DNA of 64,000 nt from Eledone cirrhosa. Lineage: Eukaryota. Of this stretch, positions 48,497 through 61,890 are shown piece by piece. Location: the NCBI GenBank assembly GCA_964016885.1, contig OZ024743.1:258974001-259038000 (forward strand), given 5' to 3'. The translations under genes and the position numbers were made by a program. The notes under the pieces were generated by a model. It was not told where the DNA came from. It was given only the letters and a program-made list of their open reading frames with translations, and made no database searches. Numbering within the stretch: position 1 is the stretch's first letter; every line of letters begins with the position of its first letter.

Positions 48497-49786
48497 GTAA
48501 GTATACTTTTCTTGTGTAAAATTAATTTCCTCACTTAAATTCTTATACAACTCTAGAAACGTGTTCAGGTTACTACTTGCTCATAATGAGATACGTAATA
48601 ATGAGGGATACAACCCATTAGTATTTTGCTTACCATTAAAGATTTTATCTTCATGTCACGTAACCTGAAATAAATGATCCCATCGAAGCTCACTATACAC
48701 GTGTTAGGATTTATGTTCGGCATTTTCATTCAACGAAAGTTTCATTAATTATATGGTGATCCCGCAGCGGTGGATTAGTAGAGTCATAAGGGCACCGTAC
48801 AAAATACTTTGCAGCATTTAGTTACGGCTCCTTACATTCTGAGTTCAAATCTTGCTTAAGTGAATTTGGCCTTTCATCCTTACAAGGTCGATAAATAAAG
48901 AACCATTAAAGTATTGATGTCAATGTAATCGACTCCCCACAAGAAATTTATGTAAGTGTACCTAAATTACAAAAGATTAACTATACGGTGATCCCGGCAC
49001 TTGTTGACGGCAGTTAGCTGAGTCATTATAAAATCAAGTTGTTCAAGTAAGATCACAACTCAAACTCGGTGATGTGATGCGAGTCATTGATCCATCGTGA
49101 TTTTTGTTTGTTTAATTCTGTTCAGTAATAACCAACTGGTAGTATATAAACATCATAGCAGTATTGTAGAATAAAGAAGCATACTCCTGTAAATGCAGTG
49201 TGGACGATCTTACGTTTCTTTCTGTAGTTGTAACATTCCTTAGGCTGCTACTGGCATCGGAGAATGTATGAGCGCCACAACAATTTGATTTTCTCCATCT
49301 ACGTCAACAATATTTGATCTTTCATTGACGGGTACTTTTTATCATAAAAGGGAGACAATTGTGTCAATCTATTTATTGCACCACTGAGAACTATAAATAT
49401 CTATACTCTACACATTCTTATCGTATTAAGCATCCCCCAACATTCATCTTGCTATTGTAAATAAACCAAGAATAAACCATATGCTTTGTTAAACACTGAG
49501 TCAATAAATCCCTTATGCAGTCGTTTGACTTGCTAGAAATATCAGCCAAATCTCCCTCAACTTTCACCTACTGTCTCAAGAAGAAAGAACATGGAATGCG
49601 TTTGATCGTAGACCAGCAACAACTTGAAAAGTACATGAGCTGTTTAAAGATACGCCATATAATAAACTATAAAAAGGCAATGTCTTGCAGACTATCTCCT
49701 CAGTGACCACTGTTTTTACATAATTAATCTCTTTTGATTGACAAAAATATGTTGGTGATGTACTTTTTAAATTTCTCTTAAAACAG

Positions 49787-49958
49787 GCTGGTATAAATGC
49801 AGGGAATTATCGTGGCTGGACATCCATTCTCCCTGGACATAAAACTGATCTATCAATTTTACCATATATCTCCGGGTATGATCTTCCTGGTCGCTTTTTA
49901 TTCCGTGTTTCCTCTGATCTCCCAGAACGAGGTGGTTGTACAAATATTACTCTCCAAC
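49787..49958 (+). CDS. mesh: mesh/SUSD2-like exon 5 (end of NIDO)
   Basis: ACAG|AGINAGNYRGW..LPGRFLFRVSSDLPERGGCTNITLQ|GTAAGT; phase 0 to 1. Confidence 0.93.
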
Positions 49959-50449
49959 GTAAGTATACATTATTTGTCCATTTCTCATGTCTAGTTTCAA
50001 CTATTTCCAATTTCGAAGCCAGGTTATTTTGCAGATTCGATTCAAAGTTAACTCATTGCTCCACCAAGAAACCTACCTCATAAATGTTTTCCTTTTAAGA
50101 ACATATATATTATATAATAATAATAATGAAAATTATTGTGTACATTGCTCAGGTGCACTACAACTCATCAAAGGTGTATGTATCCGAATATCATGGGAGC
50201 TGTACTGTTATATATTGATAATATATAACCAATGTGGTGAAGTGGAAGAATTGTTATGGTGGTATTTACTTACTGCGATCAACCCTTTACGTTCTGTGTT
50301 CATATTTCCACTTTCATCAAAATAAGTACCAGTCAAGTAGCGTAGTCAATCTAATACATTTTACACACTCCTTAAATTTAAGATCATGTTGTTAAGAATT
50401 AAATGGATATTATAGAACCATTAATGAAATTTATTTATTTATTCTTCAG

Positions 50450-50710
50450 GTAAGCTCAGTGTGTCAAGAAAATCTGTTGGAATGTTTGGGGGAGAGATGC
50501 TTGAAGTTTCAGCCCTGTGCTTAGAAGAAAACACTACTGCTAAATGTATTTTCACACATTTGTCCGGTGTAAAAAAAGTTTCTGAAGGCATTGTGGTCAA
50601 CAAAGCAATAGTGAGATGTCCAGTGCCTCGATTTCTTTTCAGAGGAGAAATAGCTTTGACACTAGCTCTAAATACCATAAATTCCAAGTTATACACTGTA
50701 ATATATGCTG
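50450..50710 (+). CDS. mesh: mesh/SUSD2-like exon 6 (IPT/TIG)
   Basis: TTCAG|KLSVSRKSVGMFGGEMLEVSALC..AKCIF..VRCPVP..|GTAGGT; phase 1 to 1. Confidence 0.92.
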
Positions 50711-52243
50711 GTAGGTTGCAACTTGATATTCTATGATTAAATTGTTTAAGGGCGGTGGATTGGCAGTATCGGTAGAGCATAGGGTACTATGCTTTGCGAT
50801 ATGGCCCTTTACGTTCTGAGTTCAAATCCTGCCAAGGTTAGCTTTTGTCTTTCATCTTTATGGGGTTGATAAAATAAAGCACAAGTAATGCGCTGGGGTC
50901 GATTTAATTGACTTTCCCCTCTTCCCAAATTGCTGGCATTTTGCCTATAGTAGAAACCATTATTAAATGGTTTAAGATGGATGGATATTGAAATAGAAAC
51001 GCTGGGAAAACAAATTTAGATGTTTGGGCGTTTTATATATTTATTCACATGACCGAATAGTTAAGGAGTTTGCTTTGTAATCACAAGGTACCGTGTTCGA
51101 CCTCAGTGTGTGGCAGTTGACCTTTACCATTTTCTTAGGTTAATCCAAGCTTTGTGATAGACATTATGTTGACGGAAACTGTGCATAAGCCTTAACGCAC
51201 ACTGTGCAACGTTGATTCTGCTTGAGGTTTATGTTAAGGGTATTCGTACACCTGGAATACTCAACCAATTACACGCTGATTCAGTGTCCGGTGAGGTCAG
51301 CCTTACCTTTCATCCTTTTTAGGTTGATAAAAAAATACCAGTCCAGTACGAAGGTCAATTCAACTTCCATATCTCTTTCTCACTGCCCCTTTTTTACGCT
51401 TTATCCTTCTCTGGAAGAAATCTGTTGTGTTCATATCTAGAGAGGAGATGAACTTCACCAGGTTTAAAACAAATCTGCCCAAGAAACGCTGTATGTCATT
51501 ACGGTGCCCATACGAATCGCCCAGGAGTTATGAGTAACAACAAGAAGAAATACACTAAAGTTCCAAAATAACGCCATCTAAACTAGTGGAAATGGGACTT
51601 TGGAAAAATGTCGTATAGTAGCAGAAACCGCTTATAGAGCGCCAGTTTCTTAAGTCTGCTAGCAACGATTTGAAAATGTAATTTTTGTTTATTTTGCCAA
51701 ATCTGTTTACAGTAGCTAATGAAATAGTATTTATTATATTGTAACTCCATTTCATGCCTATTACCCCCCACTTTACTTATGTAATAAACACATTAAATAA
51801 AGAGAACCGAAAACCTGCAATAACTGCGTCTCAAATTATTGTTTTTTGGCAAGTTTGCTGTAAATCCATGAAGGCATTTGGTTTACTAACTAGGATGTTC
51901 GGCTTATAATCGTATGGTCATGAGTTCGATTCGTGGCGGTGTGTTGTGTTCTTGAGCAAGACACTTTTTCACGTTGTTTTAGTCTACTCAGCCATGTCAC
52001 ACACTGTGCCGCATTGAATCCAAGAACTACGTTAAGGTTAAACTCGGCTGTAGGATAATCAACAATTTACACATTAATTTTATGAGTCCAGTTTTTCGTT
52101 GATCACATCAACTTGAACATTACTCGATGTCGGAACTGATGAAAGTCCCACAACATATATTCTTCTACATTCAAACTTTTCAAGTTAACAAAATGGTTTG
52201 ATAAATGTTGCATGTGTTACATCAATTGTATTGTTATTTGCAG

Positions 52244-52410
52244 CGTTACCTCAATTAATGCCTGAAACGGTCAGTATATTAAACCCTTCAGCTTGGGACA
52301 AAACTTATGTCGACAGTTTGCGTATTTCATGGAAACCAAGACTACTCAGCTTAGACCATCAAGCTACAGTGAACATCACTCTTATTGGTTATAAAGAAGA
52401 TAGAAATAAG
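52244..52410 (+). CDS. mesh: mesh/SUSD2-like exon 7
   Basis: TGCAG|LPQLMPE..LRISWKPRLL..VNITLIGYKEDRNK|GTATTG; phase 1 to 0. Confidence 0.9.
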
Positions 52411-53269
52411 GTATTGTGCAGTGAATCTAGACTTTTGTTATCGTTCATTCGAAACTGTCTGAAACCACTCTCCATTCTACAACACTATTTATATTTATCT
52501 GAAAACCTTCCATTTTAATTTCATGTAAGAACATTTGTTAAGTTATTCTTAAAAAACCCAGCATAATAATGAGGAAGATTGTTATATGACTAAATATTAC
52601 CAAATTCTTGATTATTTTCAATCTTGTAGTGTTTTTCATTAGAAATCTGGTAATAAAAGGGTTAAAGTCATTTCTAAAAAATCAGTTATAATTACAATTA
52701 TAATTTTCTTATTTATTTATTTATTTATTTATTCATTTAATCTAAACGTCAGTATAGAACTAGAAAGCAATAACAAACTAGGTGAGGTATCTAGTCCGTT
52801 ACAGTTAAGAAACAAAAACAAGATAGACAGAGGGATAAAAACGGAAGGTCAACGGGAGGCAATTGTCACAATAATAAAATAATGTCTTAAAATAAAGGTA
52901 AAAAAAAAGGAAATTGTTAGCATGAGGGATCAGATGCTGTTTACTCGAGAGAAGACTACGTTGGTATGGTCACGTGATGCACATGAAAGACGACAGTTGT
53001 ATAAAAAAGTGCAGGTCGATCAAAATTGTTTGAAGTTACGGAGTAGGTACATCCAGAAAAACCTGGGACGATTTGATAAATTCCGACCTTACACACTTGC
53101 ACCTCTCTAAGACAATGTCACTGGACCGATATCTTTGGCGCCATGCAGTAATATAGAAGATCCGCCTTGCCTATGTACATAGCGAAACCTACAGTCCGTA
53201 GGCACCTCTTAACAAAATATACATCCCATCCCACTACCCCCACTCCCACCAACACCACTCCTTCTCTGT

Positions 53270-53575
53270 AAAGTTATGTTGGTACCACAACATCCAGTCC
53301 AAAATAAATGAGGTCGTGTAGGTGTCACGACAAAAAAACACACAGTCCACGCTGTAATTTGGCCGTGTAGGTAACACAGTAAAAACCTCCCAGTCCACAC
53401 TGTAAACGTGGTTGGTGTTAGGAAGGGCATCCAGCCGTAGAAAACCTGCCAGACAGTCCTATAAGAGTGAGACATGGTCACCCGACCAATCTTGCCTCAA
53501 GTAGGACAATTCCCGTCTAAACCCATGCTAGCGTGGAAGATAGACGTTAAACGATGATGATGATGATGATAATGA
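53270..53575 (+). mobile_element. SINE family D (MetaSINE-like core) with RTE-type (GAT)n tail
   Basis: Core GGTTGGTGTTAGGAAGGGCATCCAGCCGTAGAAA; 3' end GACGTTAAACGATGATGAT resembles the RTE end at 58830. Confidence 0.65.
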
Positions 53576-54829
53576 CTCTAATGTATTTAAAATATTATTG
53601 TACGAATTAGAAATCCAATTTCCTTTGTTAAAAAGGGAATGGCCAGTAAGTATTGCCTAACATTTCAAATAGTATCATGAGAGGAGGGTTCAACTTTTCA
53701 AGTCCTCTTTTCTGGTTTTAAAGACGAAATGTTTAAAATAATCAACGACAGTTTAAATTGATATTACTTAGAATCTGATACACATTGATATTTTCTATGC
53801 AGTTTAAAATGTAATGAATTTTTATTTGTTGGAAAGTTATGTGGCAGAATAGCGCATTAGTCTTTTATTTTTAAACCTGAAACTTTTCATTGGATAGAAA
53901 AATAAACAGAAGATAAAGTAGAAAATAAAAAAAGAAACGCCTTAAGAAGAGATATTTATTTGAACAGATCTTTAAAATCATTAAGAATACAAATTACAAA
54001 ATTGACGAAAAGAAAGAAAAATAAAAAGGAAGAAAAAGTGGTGTGGTAGGGTTAAAAGGGACAAACTCTATACCATTGGCTGGATTGTGTATCTCAGTTG
54101 CAGATAAGATACCGAAAATATTGTTGCGGAGAACAACCAGCGATACCCTCTACATCACGGTGCTTCTTCCTCAGCTGTGATACCCTCCTCATATAAAACA
54201 TTCAGATATCTATTATTGTAATATATAAAACATTTTAGTCGGGCATAATACACACAGTCTTTTGTCGTTCATTTTCTTCTGGTGCCATAATCTACCATAG
54301 TTGAATAACATATCTTACATATACTATTCTTGGGCAGCTTAGGGCTGCATGCAATCTTTTATGGCTTTTTAGTTACCATGCGTAATATCATGATTATATA
54401 AAAAGTGAACTTCTGTGTGGTCTGAAGATGAGTATACCAAACGTTCAATCAACGGAATAGTCTGCTCGTGAAATCAACTTATAAGTGGCTGAGCATATCA
54501 CAGATACCTGTAATTCCAACGTGAGATTCAATGTAGTTCAGTATGTGACATGGCTGGCCTTTTGAATTACAGGAATATTTTTCTCCAAATGAGTGAGCTA
54601 GAGCAACGTTATATAAAATGTTTCGTTCATGGACACAATGCAGCTCGGAGAATCGAACTCACAGCCATACGATCGTGAGCCAAATACTCTAACTACATAT
54701 CTACACACTTTCACTTTTGATAAATCCACTAACAACTTACAATATGTTCACTCCCATACACCTTTAGCTATTAATAACAACTAACCATTAACGAACATAT
54801 GTTTGATATTGTTCTTTTAACATTTGCAG

Positions 54830-54993
54830 CACCAATACAAGAAGCTTGCGACCATCAAGAGTAACTACAGACTTTACTCTAATCAGCTGGAGTTTGATCC
54901 CAAAAAATATAGATGCTCAGGATCAGACTGCGATTATGAAATAGGGCTTATAGAAGTGAAGCTTACAGACAAATTGAAGGCAAACTCACACGT
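54830..54993 (+). CDS. mesh: mesh/SUSD2-like exon 8
   Basis: TGCAG|HQYKKLATIKSNY..CSGSDCDYEIGLIEVKLTDKLKANSH|GTAAGT; phase 0 to 2, bridges exons 7 and 9 in frame. Confidence 0.88.
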
Positions 54994-55098
54994 GTAAGTT
55001 ATTGGTTTTTATATCTTAGATATAGATATTTCAAATAACGATAATGTACATACACAATCACACCCCCAAAATATATATGTATATCTATAGGGTATGTA

Positions 55099-55158
<60 letters not shown>

Positions 55159-56282
55159 GCATACATTTATACACACACACAGATATATATTCATATATAT
55201 ATATACAAAATTAGAATTTGGTTTTTTGCTCTAACATAGCCGGATACATAAATGTATTCATTAATTTTATATCAAATAATGATAATATTTGATTTGTTTG
55301 CAAGCAAACAGCCTCATTCCATCCTTTTGTTCTAGCAGTGGCACAGAGAAACAATCAACAATATTGTTTCTGCCTATGGCCAGCAATATAATGCATTGCA
55401 AAAATGTCACATATCCAGCGATCCCACTGCTTGAAGCTTTTTTAAGTGAGGAAAGGCTTTGCACGGGGCCAATCCCATTCTCAGAACATCAAATGCATTT
55501 GCCCAAAAAGAAGAACTGGTCTACATTATTGATTGCAAACGAAGTCGCTGGTTTTTATCAGGGTGACCTTCTTCTAGAGAGATATCTTAATGAAGAATAG
55601 GAGTCTCTCGCTCCACGAAAAAACTTTATTGGATTGACATTTGACTCTCTTGGTTCCTCCGCCCTTTGGCAGATTTTATTTCTCATACTGCAGGGTGTCC
55701 AAAATCCTCCTCCTCTGGTTTAGTTGCCGATGACCCGACCATGCACAAGTTGTACTGGGATACATGTTACCAGTAGAGATGAAGAACGACCATGCATACG
55801 TACGTACATGCATACATATATGTGTGTGTGTTTGTGCAAGAAAACAGTGGTATGTGACAACTAACTGGTGCTAACTTTCAGATGGAAATGGTAATTTGAT
55901 ATCGTCCTCTCTAGCAAACTCACTCACAAGATGTTGACAAGATGTTCAGTGGCCATGTAATCCACTATATGTTGCTATCTATGTTTTAGTCTATCTTTGG
56001 ATAATAAACAGAACAACATCTATTTATTTACTTACCTACATGCCTATCTATTCTTCTACTTATCTGTCCGACTGCCTGTCTATCTATCTATCTCTATTTC
56101 TCTCTCTATATGTTTGCTTATCTATCTGTCTATTTACCTACTTACCCACCCACCTATCTATATATCTGCCTAAGTATCTACCTAAGAGATATCAACATGA
56201 ATGGACCTGTTATTTTTATCTAAAGACATTTTTTCCAATTCTAGCCCGCCCGTCCCTTCAATCTATCTTATTTCTCATTCTT

Positions 56283-56318
56283 TCTTCTGATGAAGTACTA
56301 GCGTCCGAAACGTTAAGA
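56283..56318 (+). ncRNA. Degenerate minimal hammerhead ribozyme within a Penelope-like pLTR remnant (about 56190-56410)
   Basis: TCTT-CTGATGA-AGTACTAGCGTCC-GAAA-CGTT-AAGA; stem I TCTT/AAGA, palindromic AACGTT, weakened stem II. Confidence 0.6.
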
Positions 56319-56639
56319 CCCTCTTCCTGCTATTTCAAGCGTTAACATAATATATTCCTTCCATATACTGTACCGATTGTGTTGTTATTTCTGTTTACCT
56401 TTTCCTTATATATATATGTTTATATATATATACGTAAATAAGACCATTATTACTCCACCCAGTCTACTCATCATCAATAAGTACCCTAAATATACATACA
56501 CATATATATGCAAACAAACATGTACGACCCTGAAACAAAATTCCGAACACAGACGCACCCAGAACCAGGAAATTGTAGACTTCATGTATACACACACACA
56601 CATATATATATAAGACCTTTTATTAAAATATAAGCCCTT

Positions 56640-58870
56640 CAAGATGCATACGACGAAAAAGAAGATTTAGAGTTGTATGACATAGATGATAAGTGGAGTT
56701 TCTTGCGTGACAACTTACTGCAGGCTACTGAAGAAACTTGTGGTTGGGGCAGAGCTTCCACCAGACAGAGAGTGACCTGTTGGTGGAACAGCACGGTAGA
56801 TAGGGTCATGAGAGACAAAAGACTGACATATAAAACTTGGAAAAATGGTTGGAGTAGAGGCGGATACACAACCGCTAAGAGAGAAGCTAGACGTCAGGTG
56901 TACCTAGCACGCAGGAAGGCTGAGAGTAGGAGGTTTGCCAATGTTCTGCGACGGGAAGATCAGAGACGTGCGGTGTTCTGCATTGCAAAGCAGTGTGTCA
57001 GTGCAAATCAGGATGTTGTTGGAGATAAGTGTGTCAGGAATGATGCCAGTGTCACGAATGATCAAAAGAATGAGGCCTGGAAATGTCATTATGAGAGACT
57101 GATGAATGTAGAGAACGAATGGGACAGAGAGGAATTACCCCCAGTAGATCCGACAGAGGAACCAGCTATTGAGATTGATGAATATAGGGTACAAGAGGCA
57201 ATTAAGGAAATGAAGAATGGTAAGGCTGCTGGGCTGTCGGGGATAGTTGCTGAGGTGCTGAAGGCATCAGGAGAAGTAGGCACTAAACTAGTTGCATGCA
57301 TCATTAACCAAGCTATATATGGTGGTGTCATACCCAAAGACTGGTGCAGCAGTATTCTCATAAATTGTTACAAAGGTAAAGGGGGATGTTCTAGAGAGGA
57401 GCAATTATAGGGGTATAAAGCTGATGGATCAGGTTATGAAAGTGGCAGAGAGAATATTAGCGCAACTAATTAGAGAAAGGGTCAATTTAGATGAGATGCA
57501 GTTTGGTTTTGTGCCTCGGAAAAGTACAACAGATGCCCTCTTCATAGTGAGGCAACGACAAGAGAGGTTCTTAGAGAAGAATAAGCCACTATACTTAGCT
57601 TTTGTTGACCTAGAGAAGGCCTTTGATAGGGTACCCCGATCCGTCATCTGGTGGTCCCTAAGGAAACTAGGGGTAGAGGAATGGTTTGTGAGGACAGTGC
57701 AAGCTGTGTACAGGGGTGCTGTCAGTAAAGTGAGAATAGGAATGGAGTTTAGTGAAGAATTCCAGTTACAAGTAGGTGTATATCAAGGTTCTGTCCTCAG
57801 CCCATTCTTGTTCATTATAGTCCTCCAAGCCATAACGGAGGGGTTTAAGACTGGATGTCCATGGGAACTTCTTTATGCTGATGATCTGGTTCTTATAGCA
57901 GAATCAGTAGAGGAGCTAGAGAATAAATTCGGGCTATGGAAACAGCAGTTGGAATCAAAAGGCCTGAGAGTGAACATAGCTAAAACAAAGGCGTTGATAG
58001 GTAGAAGAGATGACAATACTCTGATTCCATCAGGGAAATGGCCATGTTCTATATGAATCATAAATTCCATAAAATCTACGCAATGCAGATCTTGGGTACA
58101 CAAGAGATGTAGTGGGATAGTAGGCAAACTAACAGGTAGGGAAAACTACGTATGCAGTAGATGTACAGGGAAAGTTGGCAGTAGTAATCGCAGTGATAGA
58201 CTCATTTTTCCAATGCAGGTGGGTTCTATAGAAGTGGTTGATAGCTTCCGGTACCTAGGGGATCAGATTAGCATGGGAAGGGGTGTTCCGAGGCCATAGT
58301 ATCTAGAATAAGGACGGGTTGGAAGAAGTTTAGGGAGCTGCTCCCTCTGTTGACAAAGAAAGGTTTCTCCCTGCGTATGAAAGGACGGTTATATGATGCC
58401 TGTGTGAGATGTGCGATGCTGCATGATAGTGAGGCATGGGCAGCAACTGCAGAAGATCTGCGACGGCTGGAGAGAAATGAAGCAAGTATGCTCCGTTGGA
58501 TGTACAATGTCAATGTGCGTGAACGACCAAGCATAGACGAGTTGAGAAAGAAACTGGGTATAAGAGGGATAAAGTGTGGTATGCAGGAGAGAAGCCTGAG
58601 ATGGTATGGACATGTGATGCGCATGCAGGATGACCGATGGGTGAAGAAGTGCCAGGAAGTCCCAGTGGAGGGAAGACGCAGTAGAGGTAGACCACGATAT
58701 ACATGGGCGGAGGTGGTGAGAGCAGACCTCAGATCGCTGAAACTCACGGAGGAGATGACGAAGGACCGTGACGGGCGGAGAGATGCTGTGCTGAATAGGA
58801 CCCGTCCAACTCTTGCAAGCAGGGCAAAGCGGACGTAAAATGATGATAATGATGATGATGATGATGATGA
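56640..58870 (+). mobile_element. 5'-truncated RTE-clade LINE (RT with PHD-like insert) in intron 8
   Basis: AFVDLEKAFDRV, GVYQGSVLSP, LLYADD, FRYLG, LRWYGHVMR, GRPR motifs; (TGA)n tail; frameshifts near 57390 and 58270. Confidence 0.95.
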
Positions 58871-59004
58871 TATATATATATATATTCATTTATATGGGGT
58901 TGAGAGAGAGAAAGGAAAAAGAAAATTGTGCAGCTTTGTGCTCATGCAATCAAATAAATTTCTTTATTTTCAGTTATTAATCTCACATTAAAATTATATT
59001 CTAG

Positions 59005-59286
59005 GTTCTTAAACTCGCAAATAATTCCGTTGGGATGGTATATAGCTTCTACCTTACGACGTGAAATAGGTTCCGACTGGGCAAGGAAGAAATGTAAATT
59101 AATGGAGAAAGATGAAAAATATAACAAGGAATGGATTCTTCATTTGATTCCGTGTCCATGCAACTTAGATCAAGCTCTAGCAGACTTTGGTCGCTGGTGG
59201 ACTCAACCAGGTTGCGACTCACGCAGCAACTCAAAATGTCGTTTTCACTATAAAGCAATTCATTGTGTCAAATCAATCATAACAAC
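59005..59286 (+). CDS. mesh: mesh/SUSD2-like exon 9 (AMOP N-half)
   Basis: CTAG|FLNSQIIPLGWY..CPCNLDQALADFGRW..CRFHYKAIHCVKS|GTAAGT; phase 2 to 2. Confidence 0.95.
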
Positions 59287-59800
59287 GTAAGTATATATAT
59301 ATATATTTTCTAATTGATTAATAAGTATAAAAGTCTTCAGTAAAGGTGAGCGGCTTAGTAATTAGGGTGTTCAGCTCATGATTTTAAGATAGTGAGTTCG
59401 ATTCCAGGCGGCTCACCCAGTTGTCATTGAGCAACACTCTATTTTACGTTGCGTCAGTTGGAAAAATGCGATGTGCCTGTAATTAAAATGGCCAGCTTTA
59501 ACACATGGTGTGTCACACTGAATCATCCAGAAAATGACGTCATGGGTACACGTGTCTGTGAAATACTCAGCCACTTGCACTTTAATTTTCCGAGCAACAA
59601 GAACAGTCATTACTAGAAGTGATGGAGGTCCAACAACAAAAGTCTTCAATTGGGAGACGAAATGGAATGTTGTGAAGCTAAGGTGACATGAAAAATGGCT
59701 TCAGCTAAGAATTGAAATCAGATTTCAGATTTTATTGTTGTTTAGCCCCATGTTAGGCTTGACTAAAGCAGATTTATCATCAACAACCTTTCAACCATGA

Positions 59801-59838
<38 letters not shown>

Positions 59839-60683
59839 TAATAAAAATAATGAATAAAAACAAAGAAACAGTTCCTTATATTAAAGAATTCATCATTTTA
59901 CGATCGTTTCTAGGATATATATGTGTGTGTTGGTATGTATATCATATAGATCTATGTAAAATTTTTACAAACTATCGGAGGGAATAAACATACCTACACA
60001 TATATATGCTGTCTTCAGAAATAATTGTTTCTACTTTAGGCACAAGGCCAGCAATTACCCAGTGCATTACTGGTACTTTTATTTTATCGACCCCGTAAGG
60101 ATGAAAGGCAAAGTCAACCTCGGCGGGATTTGAACTCAGATCGTAAAGGGACGTAACTATGCTGGAAAGCATGGCGTCCGACCCTCTACCGATACTGCCA
60201 TGATATTTGTTTATTGAAAAAACCCAACAAAGATTTAATATAATAGGTCTGTTTGGGAACAGGTTTTGAATTGACCAATAGAAAGGTAGTAAGTGGTCAA
60301 GATGGTAGAATAGTAGTGATGGAACTTTAATTTAGGGGTAGAGGAAAGCAGATTTCAGTTTTGAATGGAAAGAGTATATTGAATGAAAAGATTATTTTGG
60401 GGATGAAAATAGGTCAAGTCGGTAAAAGGTACACGAAAATTTGATGTTATAAAAGAATAATGCTAATGTAAATATCTAAGGAGAATAAAATTTTACGATA
60501 AATGTGTTAGTGAAAAATATCAATCTTATTTAAAACATAAGGAATTTACATCAATAAAAAGAAAATAAATTAATTAAATTGATATGTATATTTATATTGA
60601 TAAATTTATATTAATTCATATAGATATGATAAATAAGAGTTAGATGTAATTGAAGAATGCTGTTAAAAACGAAGGGAAAATAA

Positions 60684-61016
60684 ACTTATTCATATATAGG
60701 AGCTACTTCTAACCAATTTAAAGTAAGATTTAATACCCACAAACACAGTTTTAAAAATGCCGCATTAGTTAATACAACATCCTTAGCTGAAATAATTAAT
60801 AATTATAGAAAAAGGAATATAGATTATAACCTGACCTGGAGTGTGCTCAAAAGGGCCACCCCTTATCAAAATAATAGATATGAATGTAGATTATGTTCCC
60901 AGGAACTGTTTGAAATAATGAAATCTAAGGATATCCTATTAAATAAGCGACAGGAATTAATTATATCATGTAATCATAAAATGAGAAGAACTTTTAAATA
61001 TTATAAACCTAATTAA
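60684..61016 (+). pseudogene. C-terminal part of a Penelope-like GIY-YIG endonuclease (110 uninterrupted codons, no start)
   Basis: YSYIGATSNQFKVRFNTHKHSF..TSLAE..LTWSVL..CRLCSQELFEI..LLNKRQELIISCNHK..*. Confidence 0.88.
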
Positions 61017-61756
61017 TATACACTTTACAAATTATTATAATAACACTTTTTTAAAATTAGTTAACCTATAATTAATATTCTACTACTAATGAACTGCATA
61101 ATTTTATTTCCCTTTTACAGCTATCTTTTCCTAAAATTTATACCAATATACCAGTATACATATAAAGTATTTTAATTTCAGGTTATGAATCTATATTCCT
61201 TATAATCTATATAAATTTGTTATTTCTCACTAATACATTTACCCCCCCCCCCAATAATAATAATTATTATTTTTTTATTTTCCCTTCGTTTTTAACAGCA
61301 TTCTTCAATTACATCTAACTCTTATTTATCATATCTATATGAATTAATATAAATTTATCAATATAAATATACCTATCAATTTAATTAATTTATTTTCTTT
61401 TTATTGATGTAAATTCCTTATGTTTTAAATAAGATTGATATTTTTCACTAACACATTTATCGTAAAATTTTATTCTCCTTAGATATTTACATTAGCATTA
61501 TTCTTTTATAACATCAAATTTTCGTGTACCTTTTACCGACTTGACCTATTTTCATCCCCAAAATAATCTTTTCATTCAATATACTCTTTCCATTCAAAAC
61601 TGAAATCTGCTTTCCTCTACCCCTAAATTAAAGTTCCATCACTACTATTCTACAATCTTGACCACTTACTACCTTTCTATTGGTCAATTCAAAACCTGTT
61701 CCCAAACAGACCTATTATATTAAATCTTTGTTGGGTTTTTTCAATAAACAAATATC

Positions 61757-61890
61757 ATTATTTCTGAAGACAGCATATATATGTGTAGGTATGTATATTC
61801 CCTCTGATAGTTTGTAAACATTTTACATAGATCTATATGATATACATACCAACACGCACATATATATCCTAGAAACGATCGTAAAATGAT
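61757..61890 (+). ncRNA. Type I hammerhead ribozyme with about 100-nt stem II (mirror copy on - at 59892-60025)
   Basis: ATTATTT-CTGAAGA-[ATATATATGTG/CACATATATAT, GGTATGTATA/TATACATACC]-GAAA-CGATCG-TA-AAATGAT; palindromic stem III, GUA triplet. Confidence 0.8.

Noticed and set aside
55270-55790. ORF 55289-55600 and a possible LINE relic
   Set aside because: No recognisable motif; exons 8 and 9 already join in frame without it
61017-61270. Searched for a SECIS element after the GIY-YIG fragment
   Set aside because: No in-frame TGA in the fragment and no recognisable AUGA/AA/GA stem-loop
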